Positions 53,693 to 63,984 of a stretch of 64,000 bases of DNA are shown one piece after another. Position 1 is the first letter of the stretch; every line of letters begins with the position of its first letter. The stretch comes from a virus. Lineage: Duplodnaviria; Heunggongvirae; Uroviricota; Caudoviricetes. The translations under genes were made by a program, and so were the position numbers. The notes below the pieces were generated by a model. It did not search any database, was not told the DNA's origin, and saw only the letters and a list, made by a program, of their open reading frames with translations. The DNA lies in IMG/VR virus record IMGVR_UViG_3300033062_002687; one strand, given 5' to 3'.

Positions 53693-54222
53693 TTAAAGCA
53701 TCCTCTTATTTATAATTTATGTAATTTTTCCTTTTGGTCGTTTGTTAAAGTGCACCAAAATTCATTAGAGATTACATAGTTCTTGAATTTCATCAGCTTT
53801 TCAACAGCTTCTGGTCTTACTGCTCTTACCTGTATAACTTCTTTAATGACCTGCTTATCTTTCAAGGCATCCCTAATCTGACCTAACACAGATATCAAAT
53901 CATCTGCTTGTGCTTCGTTCATTTTTCATCTCCCATAATAAAATATTTCTCTCACGAAGAAATTTAGATTCACTTATACAGTTGTGTTTGTCGTCTATGA
54001 AAACAATATCTGCACGACACTTCCCATCAACATTATTTTTGCAGTCAAAATCATTACAATTAATATCATTCATCTTTTATGCCATCTCCCATCCACAAAA
54101 TGGACACTTATATTTAACACCATTTCCTTCTCGGTCGTCATAATACCAATCAACAGGATATTCGGATAATTTACCACAATTTTGACATTTTTCTTCTGAC
54201 ATTAAAATCACCTTAAAATCCT

Positions 54223-54558
54223 TTATCTTTTTCCATCCCGCATTTCGAAGATTTCCTCTGAAATCTCCTGACCTAACTTGCCTATTGTTGCTAAGATTAA
54301 TTCTCCTTCCTTAATAAATTTTGTGTCTTCTGGACTTGTAAGAATGATTTTCGCAGCCTCTATGATACAATGGGGACAAACTGTATGAGATAATGAGACA
54401 GTACTTATTGTTCTCGCACTTCTTATTCTGCTCACATTCATTGGAATTTTCTTCCTGCAATAAGAACAGAGCTGTAATCTTCCACCTTTTCCTTTCTGAA
54501 GAAGAACTTTCGATGACTTTCTTCCATGAAAATATTCCTCAAGGTCTATCTTTCCCAT
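54223..54558 (-). CDS. zinc-ribbon protein
   Basis: CSYCRKK...CPHC. Confidence 0.4.
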   Translation of the reverse strand: MGKIDLEEYFHGRKSSKVLLQKGKGGRLQLCSYCRKKIPMNVSRIRSARTISTVSLSHTVCPHCIIEAAKIILTSPEDTKFIKEGELILATIGKLGQEISEEIFEMRDGKR

Positions 54559-54613
54559 CAGCTTCCTCCTTAGGCATATCTAATCCTATTCTCTTTAACA
54601 TACAGAATATCTT

Positions 54614-54988
54614 TTATTCTGCTACCTTTGGTTTAATATAATCGAGAAATCCAAATTTTCTTAGCACAGATTCCTCAATAAAGACAATTCTTTTCTTCAG
54701 AATATCTGCTTTTAATTTCTCATCCATAGGCATTCTCTTAATTGCATCATCTTTTACGACAAAAAATTGCCCTGTCCTGTAAGGATTATCTGACTGAGGC
54801 TCTCCATCTCTTACTCCAATGACAATAACTCCTTTTTTCATCCATTCCTTACATTCATTACAAGGCTCTTTATCATAAACAGCATTTCTTGGCAATGTAT
54901 CTTTTAAATACTTGTTTAGCAATATCTCTTTTGGTTTTCCACAAATGAAACAATCACTCATTCCGACATAACTTTTTTCTTCTTCCAT
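54614..54988 (-). CDS. hypothetical protein with CxxC pair
   Basis: CFICGK...CNEC. Confidence 0.4.
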   Translation of the reverse strand: MEEEKSYVGMSDCFICGKPKEILLNKYLKDTLPRNAVYDKEPCNECKEWMKKGVIVIGVRDGEPQSDNPYRTGQFFVVKDDAIKRMPMDEKLKADILKKRIVFIEESVLRKFGFLDYIKPKVAE

Positions 54989-56197
54989 CTTACGCCTCTA
55001 AAATTGCTTCTTTCAAATTAGGGAAATCATATCCTCTTGCTGTAATTCTTCCTGACCAACCAAGAAAGGTTATTGTTCTTATAAAATCTCCATCTGTTTC
55101 AAAGAGATAAACCTCACCCTGATGATTACAGAACACAAATTCTGATTTTTTCTTTTTTCTTCCGAGCTTATGCTCAATCACATCCTTAATTGTAATCACA
55201 TCCTTAATTGTTTGTCTTTTGTGCATAGTATTTCCTCAACAAGTAAAATTAACTCCTTTTATTTTTGCTGTTTTAGGAATAAGAACAATGTCAAAGCCAA
55301 TTATCTTATTGCGTCTCATAAGAATATCTCTTGCCTCTTGTTTATTTTTTGCTCTTATCACATAAGCAAATGCACCAGCTTCAAAAGTCTCATAGGTCGC
55401 AAGATATATATTTTCTTTCATTTGACACCTCAACTGATGATGATTTCCTGAAAGCCATAAAATTCGTTAATGGTTGAATTCATGGATTCGGAACTTGTGC
55501 TTGCAATATTTCTCAAGAATTCTGCCATGAGCTTAATCGCTGGATGTTCCTTAAAGAGAATCCTCGCATGACAGAAGTATTTTCCATTAGCCTTATCTAT
55601 GGAAATCGGATTTCCTTTTCCATCAAATACCTGAGCTGAACAAAATCTTTTATCGCTTTTCACAAACTCTTCCCAATTAACGCAAGTCATCATCCTTGCT
55701 AATTCTTTGCCTGTTGCCATATTTACCTCCTCATCCTGAATAACTAAAGCATCTACTTAAATCAGCTTTTTCATCCTCTGGAAGATGATTTCCACAGGTT
55801 AAACAAGAACCTTTCTTCAATGAGCCTGAAAAGATATGAGCTGTATCCTTGTTGCATTTAGGACAATAATGAAAAGCTTCTGCCTCACTCATTTGACTTA
55901 CCCTTCCAATTAACCATCACGACATCATCCTTGATACACCACTTTTTAAATTCATTTCCTCGTGGAGATAGATTAGCAATGATAACAGCACAACAACTTG
56001 CACTCATAATAGAATGGACAGGATATTCTTTATGCCCTAAATCCCACGCCTGTTTAGGAGTAAGCTTCTTATTCATCAGCTTTTTCATTATAAAGATTGC
56101 TGTATCAACTACGGATTTGCCATAAGAATCTGTATTCTTATCAATCCAACTCTGCATCACCTTATTCATTCCCTTTTTGATATATTCAAATTTTCTT

Positions 56198-56773
56198 TTA
56201 GCCACCATTCTCACCTTCACCTTTTATGAAAATTCTCCTCAATCTTGGCTGAAAATAGCTTCCACTTTCGGTTAAAAATGGATATTCGATTTCGCCCATT
56301 GGTATTTTTCCCTTTGCTTTTATATTGTGAAATTGAGCTACAAAGGATACACTTGTTCCGCTTACACGATTACCATCAGCCAATATAAATGTTCCTTTTT
56401 CCTTGCTTGGCTCGTGGTCTTGGATTTCTATCTTTACTTCCTTGAGAATTTTGACCTTAAACCAGCTATTTTCATCCCTGATTACCAATCCTTCGCTATC
56501 ATTCTTTTTAACGTAATCCCAACCCTCATTGAAGCTGTTAAATTGAATCATTGGAGTGATGAACTCATTGTTCAATCCATTAACTAATTTGCCTAATAGC
56601 TCGTGCCGTTGAAAATAAGACAGGTTATTATCCATTAAATCAATGGGCATGAAACGAGCATTAGAAAAATTTTCTGAACGACTTATAGTAAAGACATTAC
56701 TTTCTATATTCCCTTCAAAATTTTTACGACAAAATTTACATTCGCACTTAACCATTTTTAGAATACCCTCCAT
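56198..56773 (-). CDS. hypothetical protein (191 aa)
   Basis: ORF; N-terminal CECKFC. Confidence 0.4.
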   Translation of the reverse strand: MEGILKMVKCECKFCRKNFEGNIESNVFTISRSENFSNARFMPIDLMDNNLSYFQRHELLGKLVNGLNNEFITPMIQFNSFNEGWDYVKKNDSEGLVIRDENSWFKVKILKEVKIEIQDHEPSKEKGTFILADGNRVSGTSVSFVAQFHNIKAKGKIPMGEIEYPFLTESGSYFQPRLRRIFIKGEGENGG

Positions 56774-59634
56774 GTTTGTAATTTGAATTCAATTTACCTT
56801 TTCTCATATCACTCATTTTTTTCTTAACTTTATTAGCCCTTTCATTTCCCATAAGCTCTTCATAAGACTTACCGACTTTATCATTATTGTTATGACATCT
56901 AATACATAACCATTCGAAATCATTAATATCTCTAAAATATTTACCAGACTTGTTTGCTAATTCAAGATATTTTTTCTTTCCGCATCTATCACAAAATTTA
57001 ACTTTTGGTTTGTTTTTTCTAATCCAAGCATGTAATCCTACATATCCAACTTCATTACCTTTCCATAAAGGATGTAATTCATTAGTCCATTTGTTGAACT
57101 GAATTACAAGTTCGTCTTAATGCCTTTGCTATTTCAACAAGTCCTTTTATTTTATAATTATCCTTCAAAAATTTTATTTCATTTGTTGTCCAAGTTTTTT
57201 CTATTCTCATTTCAGACCTTTTAGTTTACATTCAGGACATACTTCTTCTTTTATTTCAGCATACATCTCTCCAAAACAATCAGGCATATTTGCTGATTTT
57301 AAAATGTTAAGGATATGCTTGAACCTATCACTTCTTTCACATCTCGGAGAGAATAACCTTCCTTCCTTAAAATAAATTAGAGTCCCATCAAGTTTGAGAC
57401 TGATGTGCATCCCCGAGAAATCCTTTTTCTGTGCCTGTTCAGGTTTCAGGTCAATTATGTTTAATGTTCCCATTATTCCACTTCTTCGTAATTCCTCATT
57501 TCCAAAATAGGTATCTGAGTTACAATTTCGCCTGTAACCTTATGCCTAAATCTCTTGCTTACAAATTCAGTTTCCATTTTTTCCTCAATATTCCAATTCA
57601 CGAATATTGGATTCATCTGCCCACTTTTCTGCTCTGGATTTTATGCCAAACCCTGACAGAATATCCTCTATCTTGTCGATAATTTCCATTATTCATCATC
57701 TTCCAATGTAGCTTGTTTGCCACATTTAGAGCAGGTGATAATATTTTCACCTAATTTATCAAAAAAATCTCCAAAGGCAATTTTTTTAATCTCTTCACCA
57801 TTCTCATCAATTTCCATATCAACCTGTATGCCTCTTGTTGTATGAAAATTTGCCTTACACTTGCAGTTTGCTTTTATCATTTTAATTCATCTTATCTGTT
57901 TTACTACAAACACATTTATTTAATAGCTCGGTAAAATCTGCTATAAACATCTCTTTATCTGTTATCGTGTTAGGATGAAATAATGCTGTGCATATATTCA
58001 GCAATATCATTCCTCTCAAATGTTCACTCATTAAATTTTTCATTATGTATCCTCCTAATTATTTGTCTTGTAGGCGTGAACCAACGCCTCGTTATTCGGA
58101 TTTCTCCTAACTTATGGTGGGAATGAGGGGATTTTAACCCCAAATCTTTTCGATTGGTAGCAATTTCAAATCGTCATTCGAAATCACTTGATGCGTCCAT
58201 CACAAGACCTCCCGATTGCTCTCACAGGTTGAGCTACATCCCCATAAGTCTCTGACAAATAATTATACTCATTCATCTCAAGAATATGAAAGGAAGTGGG
58301 ATAAGGTTTGCCATTCCAACTACCCTGATTTTGAGCTTTTCATTTCCCGATTGGTTATTCGGACTATCTAAATGCTATCAGAGATTTCCTCTCCCAACAT
58401 TTAGCATTCTCAAAATCTATGCTAACTACCTGCATTTGTATTACTTCCTCTTGGAATTCCGTAGTTGAGCATTATTTTTTTCTAAATGTAACTGATTTTC
58501 CACAGCATTCACAAATGCCCTGAATTACACAGCCATTTTGAAGAGCAAGTAATTGCTCTTCATCAAACGTGATTGTCAAATTACCAACCCCTATCGTAGA
58601 AATTATCCTCTTCGTCATCATCTATTCTATCATTCAGAATATCCTGAACAGCTTTCCATTCCTCACTTAAATAGTTTTTATCCTCCCTTAAAAGCTCTTC
58701 TGCTTCTTCTGATAGCTCTTCCTCTATCATTTCCTGCTCTTCTTCATACATTTTTGCTCACCTCAAAACTTCTACCTTTCCAGCCCTTATGAAAATCCTT
58801 TTAACAGGAATTCCCTGATACAGAATTTTCAGTCTTTTCGTCGGAATTAATCCGTTATCAAAAAGGCTTAATGGCTGGTTTGTTGCAACTTTCCATCTTA
58901 CAACGCTGACTCTCTTTTCGTCAAGCTCTGCAAAATGCTTTTGCTGTTCTAACTGCTTCTGCTTCCAATCAGCAATATGCTGTTTAAGCTGTTGCCCTTC
59001 CATTTTTGTCCACCTCAATTATCTGTTTCCTGACGCATAGCCAATATGCTTTGCATTTTCGATGTCAAGAATTTTTAGCTTTTTACCTGCTCTGCAAACT
59101 TTCACAATTATTCCTGTCTCTGATTTTAAATAATCCTTTTTGAAGAATTTAAAACCGATACAGAAAAGTGTCTTTATGTCGATTATATCGCCTTTTGTCA
59201 GAAACAAATTTGTTCACCTTAATTCATCATTACCCAAATAAACCCATTGGCAATAGCCACTACAAAAGATAACACTATTTTCTCCAATGGTATCTATTAC
59301 AGGTCTTGGTCTTGAATGCCAATCAATCACCTTATCACAGAAAGCACAGGTTACTTCTTTTTTTGCTAAAGATTCTCTGTTGTCTAAAGCAACATCTTTA
59401 ACAAAAGCATCTGTTTCGGAATTTTTACCCATATCCCAAATTATAGGATAGGATTTTGGTTCTTCAACCATATTATTCACCTCGCAGATTTTTTTTATGC
59501 TCAAAAAATTCAATCAAGCCGAATTCAGTTTTAGGGGGATAAGAATAAGATAAACTCTGCCTGATTTTTGAATTCGAGCATAAAAATAAATTCTTTAGTT
59601 TAATATATGGTTAGAAATACCTCTCCTTATGTGC

Positions 59635-59961
59635 TTACAATGTTTCCTTCTGGAAATCAATGACAGGATGTTCGGAAATAACATTCTGTCCCTTTTTGTC
59701 CACTCTGGATTTCCTTATTGCTATCATTGGAAATCCCTTTGGAGATAATTGCTCACCAATTATCTCAATGCTCTTCACATTGGCATATTTGCCTTTGGAA
59801 TAAATCCTCTGGACAAATGCCTGTTGCTTTGGTGTTCCTCCTGTTACAGGAACAATGTTCTTGCCTTTTCCCTTTGTTGCTGATAAAGTAGCAACAGATG
59901 TCGCAAGTTGAGATACGCAATTCACCAATGCGTTAAATTTTTCTTCAGTTATGTTTGTCAT
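59635..59961 (-). CDS. hypothetical protein (108 aa)
   Basis: First gene downstream of the noncoding island. Confidence 0.4.
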   Translation of the reverse strand: MTNITEEKFNALVNCVSQLATSVATLSATKGKGKNIVPVTGGTPKQQAFVQRIYSKGKYANVKSIEIIGEQLSPKGFPMIAIRKSRVDKKGQNVISEHPVIDFQKETL

Positions 59962-60009
59962 TTTTCGATACCTCGCTTTAATTAGTAAGAGGTATTTCTA
60001 CAATCCATT

Positions 60010-60049
60010 TAAACTAAAGAAAAGAGAGGGCAGGAAAATCCTGCCCTCT
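60010..60049 (-). terminator. Rho-independent terminator (10-bp GC-rich stem 60025-60034/60040-60049, then UCUUUUCUUU on the minus strand)
   Basis: Perfect hairpin gagagggcagg-aaaat-cctgccctct; minus-strand 3' flank TCTTTTCTTTAGTTT. Confidence 0.6.
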
Positions 60050-60600
60050 GCTCACAAGTCGTCGTTAGGTTTTATCAAACTTTGGTTTCAGATTAAATCT
60101 TACTTCTCAAAGTAGAGCTGTTTCTTGAAAAGTTATGCTTTTCAATATTCCGAAAAAAGCTAAACCTTAATCAGTAGCTCTGATAAGAACGATTTTACTC
60201 GGTCTTACGACTTTTAGGGAGTCACCAACCCTACCCTTAATGGTTTTGAACATTAAGGAGAGATTTTAAAGTAATCTCTTTCGGAAACTCCAAACTAAAC
60301 CAAACAACACCAAGAAACCATATTTAAAATATGGTTAGTAGTGAGCTTAACCACTACCTATATCCATAAGGATATTTATTAATCCTATTTAAAAGAGTTC
60401 TCCAGCTCTTTTAAACTCTATCTCCCTTTCATTCGTAATTTTAGAGTATCCTCTGGAGAGATTCAACCCTGTTTCGGAATTACTTGTAGAGAAAGGTCTA
60501 TCTATGATAACCCTTTCGACTCGGTTGGTTGTTTTAGCTTTTCATAGTTTCCACTATGTTACGACTTCCCATTATAAAATGGGTTTTCGTGGTGTGTGAT
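60050..60600 (-). ncRNA. candidate structured ncRNA locus (possible Y-RNA-like partner of the adjacent Ro60 gene)
   Basis: No ORF. Multiple perfect hairpins (60320-60340, 60343-60367, 60390-60415, 60564-60579). Long-range complementarity AAGTCGT (60056-60062) / ACGACTT (60209-60215). Terminated by the hairpin at 60010-60049. A TATAAT-like element lies on the minus strand at about 60567-60572. Confidence 0.3.
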
Positions 60601-61060
60601 GATACTACACCACACACCCACCACCGCCGAGGGTGAGGAAAACACCCCACCACCGCCGAGGCAATATTCAGAAAACACTTGAAGTATATAAATTTTGTGG
60701 CGGTTGAATATAGTATATTGGAATATATAGGTTTAAGTTTTTTCGTGAGCTAACCTATGTTCTCTAAAATATATTTTCTAAAATATATTTTGTTTTTATT
60801 ATTTCGTGGTTATTGGTGGTTATATGGTAGTAAACACACACCACCGCCACCACACACCGCCACACACCGCCACACCACCGAGTAACCACCGAGTATAAAC
60901 ACCCACACCACCATATAATAGGGTGGTATATATAGTTACGCCACCACTACACCATAACACCCCACCACCACCGAGTAGATAATAAAAAACACCACCACCG
61001 AGTAAACACACACACCGCCGAGTAAACACCACACCATAGAAAACCACTACTGAATAGTGA
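60590..61060. repeat. strand-asymmetric CA-rich (minus strand GT-rich) iteron tract: ccaccaccgccgagg x2, caccaccgagta(a) x5 or more, plus interspersed caccgcc units
   Basis: Direct repeats visible by eye. The minus-strand ORF 60820-61047 (GGV/GGW-rich) is a translation artefact of the repeat. Confidence 0.6.
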
Positions 61061-61090
61061 CAAATACACTTGCATATACGGTCACAGTAA

Positions 61091-61182
61091 CATTAACATA
61101 TAGAGAAGTCTATACATATAGAGCATTAGCGAACAGGTCTATATGTTAATGTATATCTATATCTAAATCTATATGTTAATAT
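61091..61182. promoter_or_regulatory. AT-rich 13-mer (tctatatgttaat) in two direct copies (61138-61150, 61168-61180) and one inverted copy (cattaacatatag, 61091-61103)
   Basis: Exact 13-mer matches; located immediately 3' of the Ro60 gene. Confidence 0.4.
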
Positions 61183-61201
61183 ACATTATTGTATATTTGA
61201 T

Positions 61202-62716
61202 TTAGACCACAATTTTATTGATCTCTGTCAGAACTGAACCGCCTTTTTCTAGCGCTGCAAGCATATCGAAGATCTTGTCACTCCAACCTGCTATCAGATA
61301 GACATCTTTCTCGACCATGTCGATTGGTGTAGTACCGTATCCGGCCATGTCAAAGAGATAGAGCTTTGCATTTGGATTTTTAGCCTTGTATTTATGCCAG
61401 AGATTTGCGAACTTGTCGAAGTTTTCATCATCCATATCATCAAGTGTTATAGTCGTGGAATCCCATAGCTGACAATCTGTAAAGAACATTACCTTGTCTG
61501 CTGAGATACCAGCCTTTAGCATATGTTCAAGAACTTTCCAGCCATTTGTGCTATAACCAACTTCACCTTCACAATCCCTTAATTTAACTACGTTGTCCAG
61601 GATACTTGATTTGCTAAGCTGTTTAATCTTCCAATCATCACCAAAGATACCGGTGATAACTTTCTTGCATCTATGCTGCAGCAACATGCCTAACATCAGG
61701 CCGATATCGTAATACTGTACGGCGCTATGCTTTGAAATAGATGCCTGCATGCTACCGCTAACGTCACAAGCAATTAGCACAGTAGTCTTATCATTATAAC
61801 CCTGGATATTAGCTGCTGAGACTTTTACAGCACTTTCAAGTGCATCCAAGATCATGCTTGTTGAAGCATTAGTGTTATTTGAAAGCTCGAGATATGCTGA
61901 CAAGAACCTGAATGGAAGCTGCTTGCTTTTTAAAACCTCTTTTTCATTGCTGAGATAACTAACAACCTTGCTAAGATTATTTACATCAGCATCAAGAAGG
62001 TTACGCAAATTTCTTAATGTTGCCATGTAAAAAAGTTTATTCGAATCAATAAGATGTTCCCAAACAGCTTTCTTTTTTGCCGCATCCTTGCCGCATGCTG
62101 AGATCATGACTTCCCATGTATCTGGAGTTGCCAATGTATCTGTTGCGATCCTTTTGAATAATTCTTCTCTTTTTTTATCCTCTGGCTTAGGATGAGCAAG
62201 GAATAGAGCATCACGTAGCTTCACTGCACCTGCCTGATTGTATTTAGCAAAATTATATTCGTCGAATTTGAAGAATGCTTTTGCAAGACCTAGTTTGATC
62301 TGATGAGAAAGCTTGCTTAATTTCTTTGTGTCAATTCTTGCATTAGCCACCTGGTAAAACGCAAGCAGCTCTGTGATTTCATCAGCCCTCTGAATAACCC
62401 TTTCAGTAAGCTTGCTTACAAGCTGATCACCCTTATGGATCTTTGCAAGTTCAACTGTTAGAACAAGAGGAATAGATCTTAAGTGCATCTGTTCCCTGGC
62501 ATAGACAGCTAGTTTAGCAACAAATTCTGGCTTGACTTTTGCTACAAGATCTTTGATTCTCTTTAATGTAGCAGTCTCTTTCTCATAGAATTTGTCCTGC
62601 AGACCTGCAGTGCATACGAGAGAATACAGCTCAACTTCAGGAGCTAATGTATAGGCAATCGCGCCTTCATAATTCAATGTTTTTCTTTGGTTTGTCTGTT
62701 TTTTATTAAATTTCAT
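61202..62716 (-). CDS. rsr: Ro60-like ribonucleoprotein (TROVE domain + C-terminal vWA with MIDAS)
   Basis: 504 aa. MATLRNLRNLL (Ro60 MALRNLGKM); KQLPFRFLSAYLEL (Ro60 RIHPFHILIALETY); LIACDVSGSM MIDAS (Ro60 LLAVDVSASM). Confidence 0.8.
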   Translation of the reverse strand: MKFNKKQTNQRKTLNYEGAIAYTLAPEVELYSLVCTAGLQDKFYEKETATLKRIKDLVAKVKPEFVAKLAVYAREQMHLRSIPLVLTVELAKIHKGDQLVSKLTERVIQRADEITELLAFYQVANARIDTKKLSKLSHQIKLGLAKAFFKFDEYNFAKYNQAGAVKLRDALFLAHPKPEDKKREELFKRIATDTLATPDTWEVMISACGKDAAKKKAVWEHLIDSNKLFYMATLRNLRNLLDADVNNLSKVVSYLSNEKEVLKSKQLPFRFLSAYLELSNNTNASTSMILDALESAVKVSAANIQGYNDKTTVLIACDVSGSMQASISKHSAVQYYDIGLMLGMLLQHRCKKVITGIFGDDWKIKQLSKSSILDNVVKLRDCEGEVGYSTNGWKVLEHMLKAGISADKVMFFTDCQLWDSTTITLDDMDDENFDKFANLWHKYKAKNPNAKLYLFDMAGYGTTPIDMVEKDVYLIAGWSDKIFDMLAALEKGGSVLTEINKIVV

Positions 62717-63013
62717 TTAAATTCACCTCGGGAATTATACAAAAGATTTTTTATAATTATTTGCTGAAGTATCTCTTGTTTACGCCACGCTGTGCGATTA
62801 TGATGAGGGAAAAGCCGACAAAGGTGGTTTTTTCATTGTAGTTGAAGTAACCCTTGTCTACGCCACTCTATTGCTGGGAAGTATAAGAGATTTATATATT
62901 TTTTGGTTATTGAGTATATGCGAGGAGCGGGTGCTGCCCCCACGAATTCTGATGTTTGCATTTTTACAAAATCTGGCAATCAGACAGTTTAACTGTTAGC
63001 TTATCCTCGCTGA

Positions 63014-63085
63014 TGCGCCGAGAGGTAATTGAAACCTCATACCGTGCTCGGAAGGCACGTTCCCTGGCCGTTAGGATATCGGCGC
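63014..63085 (-). tRNA. tRNA-Gly (UCC)
   Basis: Manual fold: acceptor GCGCCGA/TCGGCGC (7 bp); D arm TCCT-AACGGCC-AGGG; anticodon arm CGTGC-CTTCCGA-GCACG (U33, anticodon UCC); T arm GAGGT-TTCAATT-ACCTC; discriminator A; no CCA encoded. Begins 1 nt after the HNH stop. Confidence 0.7.
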
Positions 63086-63670
63086 CTAATCGTCTCCTTC
63101 CTCATCATCATACAGATGACTCATGTCGATATCAAGGAATCTCATGAGGATCCTTAGCATCTCCATACTGATCATTATGCCATGCTGATCCCTGTTCATT
63201 CTCCTTAAATCTCTTAGCTGCTTTTTCATCTGCTTCCAGTTTATCTTAACATCCTGATGGATCTTATATGTAGCGCCCCAGAAAGTAATACTGATCTTAC
63301 CTTTATGGAAAGCTGCATGGCAGCGATGGCAAATTGTGATGCAATTCTTCAAGCTGTCTTTACCGTCATTTTTCTGAAATTTAATATGGTGGAGTGTAAT
63401 ACGAGATCCGGATTTATCACAGCCTTCATTCTGGCAAGTAAAGTTATCACGCTGAAATACAACACACTTGACAAAATAACGCTTGTATATCTCATCACGC
63501 ATTGACTTGTCCAGCTTTTTGACTTCATCAGGTTTCCATTCATTGAAGAACTCCTCCTGAGTCTTTACTATTTTGAATTTCTCGTACATATTTATACACA
63601 CTCCAAAAGTACAGGAGCTGAGATTTGCACTCAGTTTCCCGGAGTCACAGTCCGATGTTTTAATCTTCAT
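63086..63670 (-). CDS. HNH endonuclease (homing-endonuclease-like)
   Basis: CQNEGCDKSGSRITLHHIKFQKNDGKDSLKNCITICHRCHAAFH: classic HNH with Zn-binding Cys pairs; flanked by tRNA genes on both sides. Confidence 0.6.
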   Translation of the reverse strand: MKIKTSDCDSGKLSANLSSCTFGVCINMYEKFKIVKTQEEFFNEWKPDEVKKLDKSMRDEIYKRYFVKCVVFQRDNFTCQNEGCDKSGSRITLHHIKFQKNDGKDSLKNCITICHRCHAAFHKGKISITFWGATYKIHQDVKINWKQMKKQLRDLRRMNRDQHGIMISMEMLRILMRFLDIDMSHLYDDEEGDD

Positions 63671-63684
63671 AAACTACTCCTGTA

Positions 63685-63768
63685 TGAGGTAGGCGTGAGT
63701 CGAACACGTAGTGGCAACCTTGCCTATCGGTCTTCAGCCGATTGAGTCTCCCGTTCCTCTACTACCTC
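63685..63768 (-). tRNA. tRNA, class-II-like (long variable arm) with anticodon GAA
   Basis: Acceptor GAGGTAG/CTACCTC; anticodon arm ATCGG-CTGAAGA-CCGAT (U33, GAA); variable hairpin GGCAA-GGT-TTGCC; T arm ACGTG-TTCGACT-CACGC (one A.C mismatch). GAA with a long variable arm is atypical. Confidence 0.5.
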
Positions 63769-63770
63769 GA

Positions 63771-63843
63771 TATCCCTGACCGGATTCGAACCGGTATCCT
63801 AGGCTTCAAGGGCCAATGTCGTTAACCGTTAGACCACAGGGAT
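63771..63843 (-). tRNA. tRNA-Gln(UUG)-like
   Basis: Acceptor ATCCCTG/CAGGGAT; D loop AACGGTTAAC with GG; anticodon stem TTGGC/GCCTA (one U.U), loop CCUUGAA (C33, anticodon UUG); T arm ACCGG-TTCGAAT-CCGGT. Confidence 0.55.
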
Positions 63844-63847
63844 TTAA

Positions 63848-63920
63848 TGGGCCCAACCGGATTCGCACCGGTGTCTCTTGGTTCAGAACCAAGTATGCTT
63901 GTCTACTACACCACAGGCCT
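63848..63920 (-). tRNA. tRNA-Gln(CUG)-like with non-canonical D and T loops
   Basis: Acceptor AGGCCTG/TGGGCCC (A1.C72); D stem GTGT/GCAT with loop lacking GG18-19; anticodon arm CTTGG-TTCTGAA-CCAAG (U33, CUG, A37); T arm ACCGG-TGCGAAT-CCGGT (G55 instead of U55). Confidence 0.5.
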
Positions 63921-63925
63921 ATAAA

Positions 63926-63984
63926 TGGGCCATACGGGATTTTCACCCGCAGTCTCGCCGGTTTTGTTGTTAAGCTAATGACCC
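63926..63984 (-). tRNA. 59-nt tRNA-like element lacking one arm (pseudo-tRNA / tRNA-like RNA)
   Basis: Acceptor GGGTCAT/ATGGCCC (7 bp, one G.U) and T arm GCGGG-TGAAAAT-CCCGT, but only 25 nt between position 9 and the T arm. Confidence 0.3.

Noticed and set aside
60820-61047. Minus-strand ORF encoding a Gly/Val/Trp-rich 75-aa protein
   Set aside because: It is the reverse-complement reading of the CA-rich iteron tract (low-complexity GGV/GGW repeats). No RBS; almost certainly non-coding.
60590-61060. Possible CRISPR array
   Set aside because: The repeats are short (12-15 nt), irregularly spaced and CA-biased, with no unique spacers of uniform length and no cas genes. Iteron or simple-repeat tract instead.
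63926-63984. 59-nt tRNA-like element as a prophage attachment-site remnant (3' tRNA fragment)
   Set aside because: No integrase or recombinase was found in the window, and the element retains both acceptor strands rather than only a 3' half. Kept as tRNA-like RNA instead.
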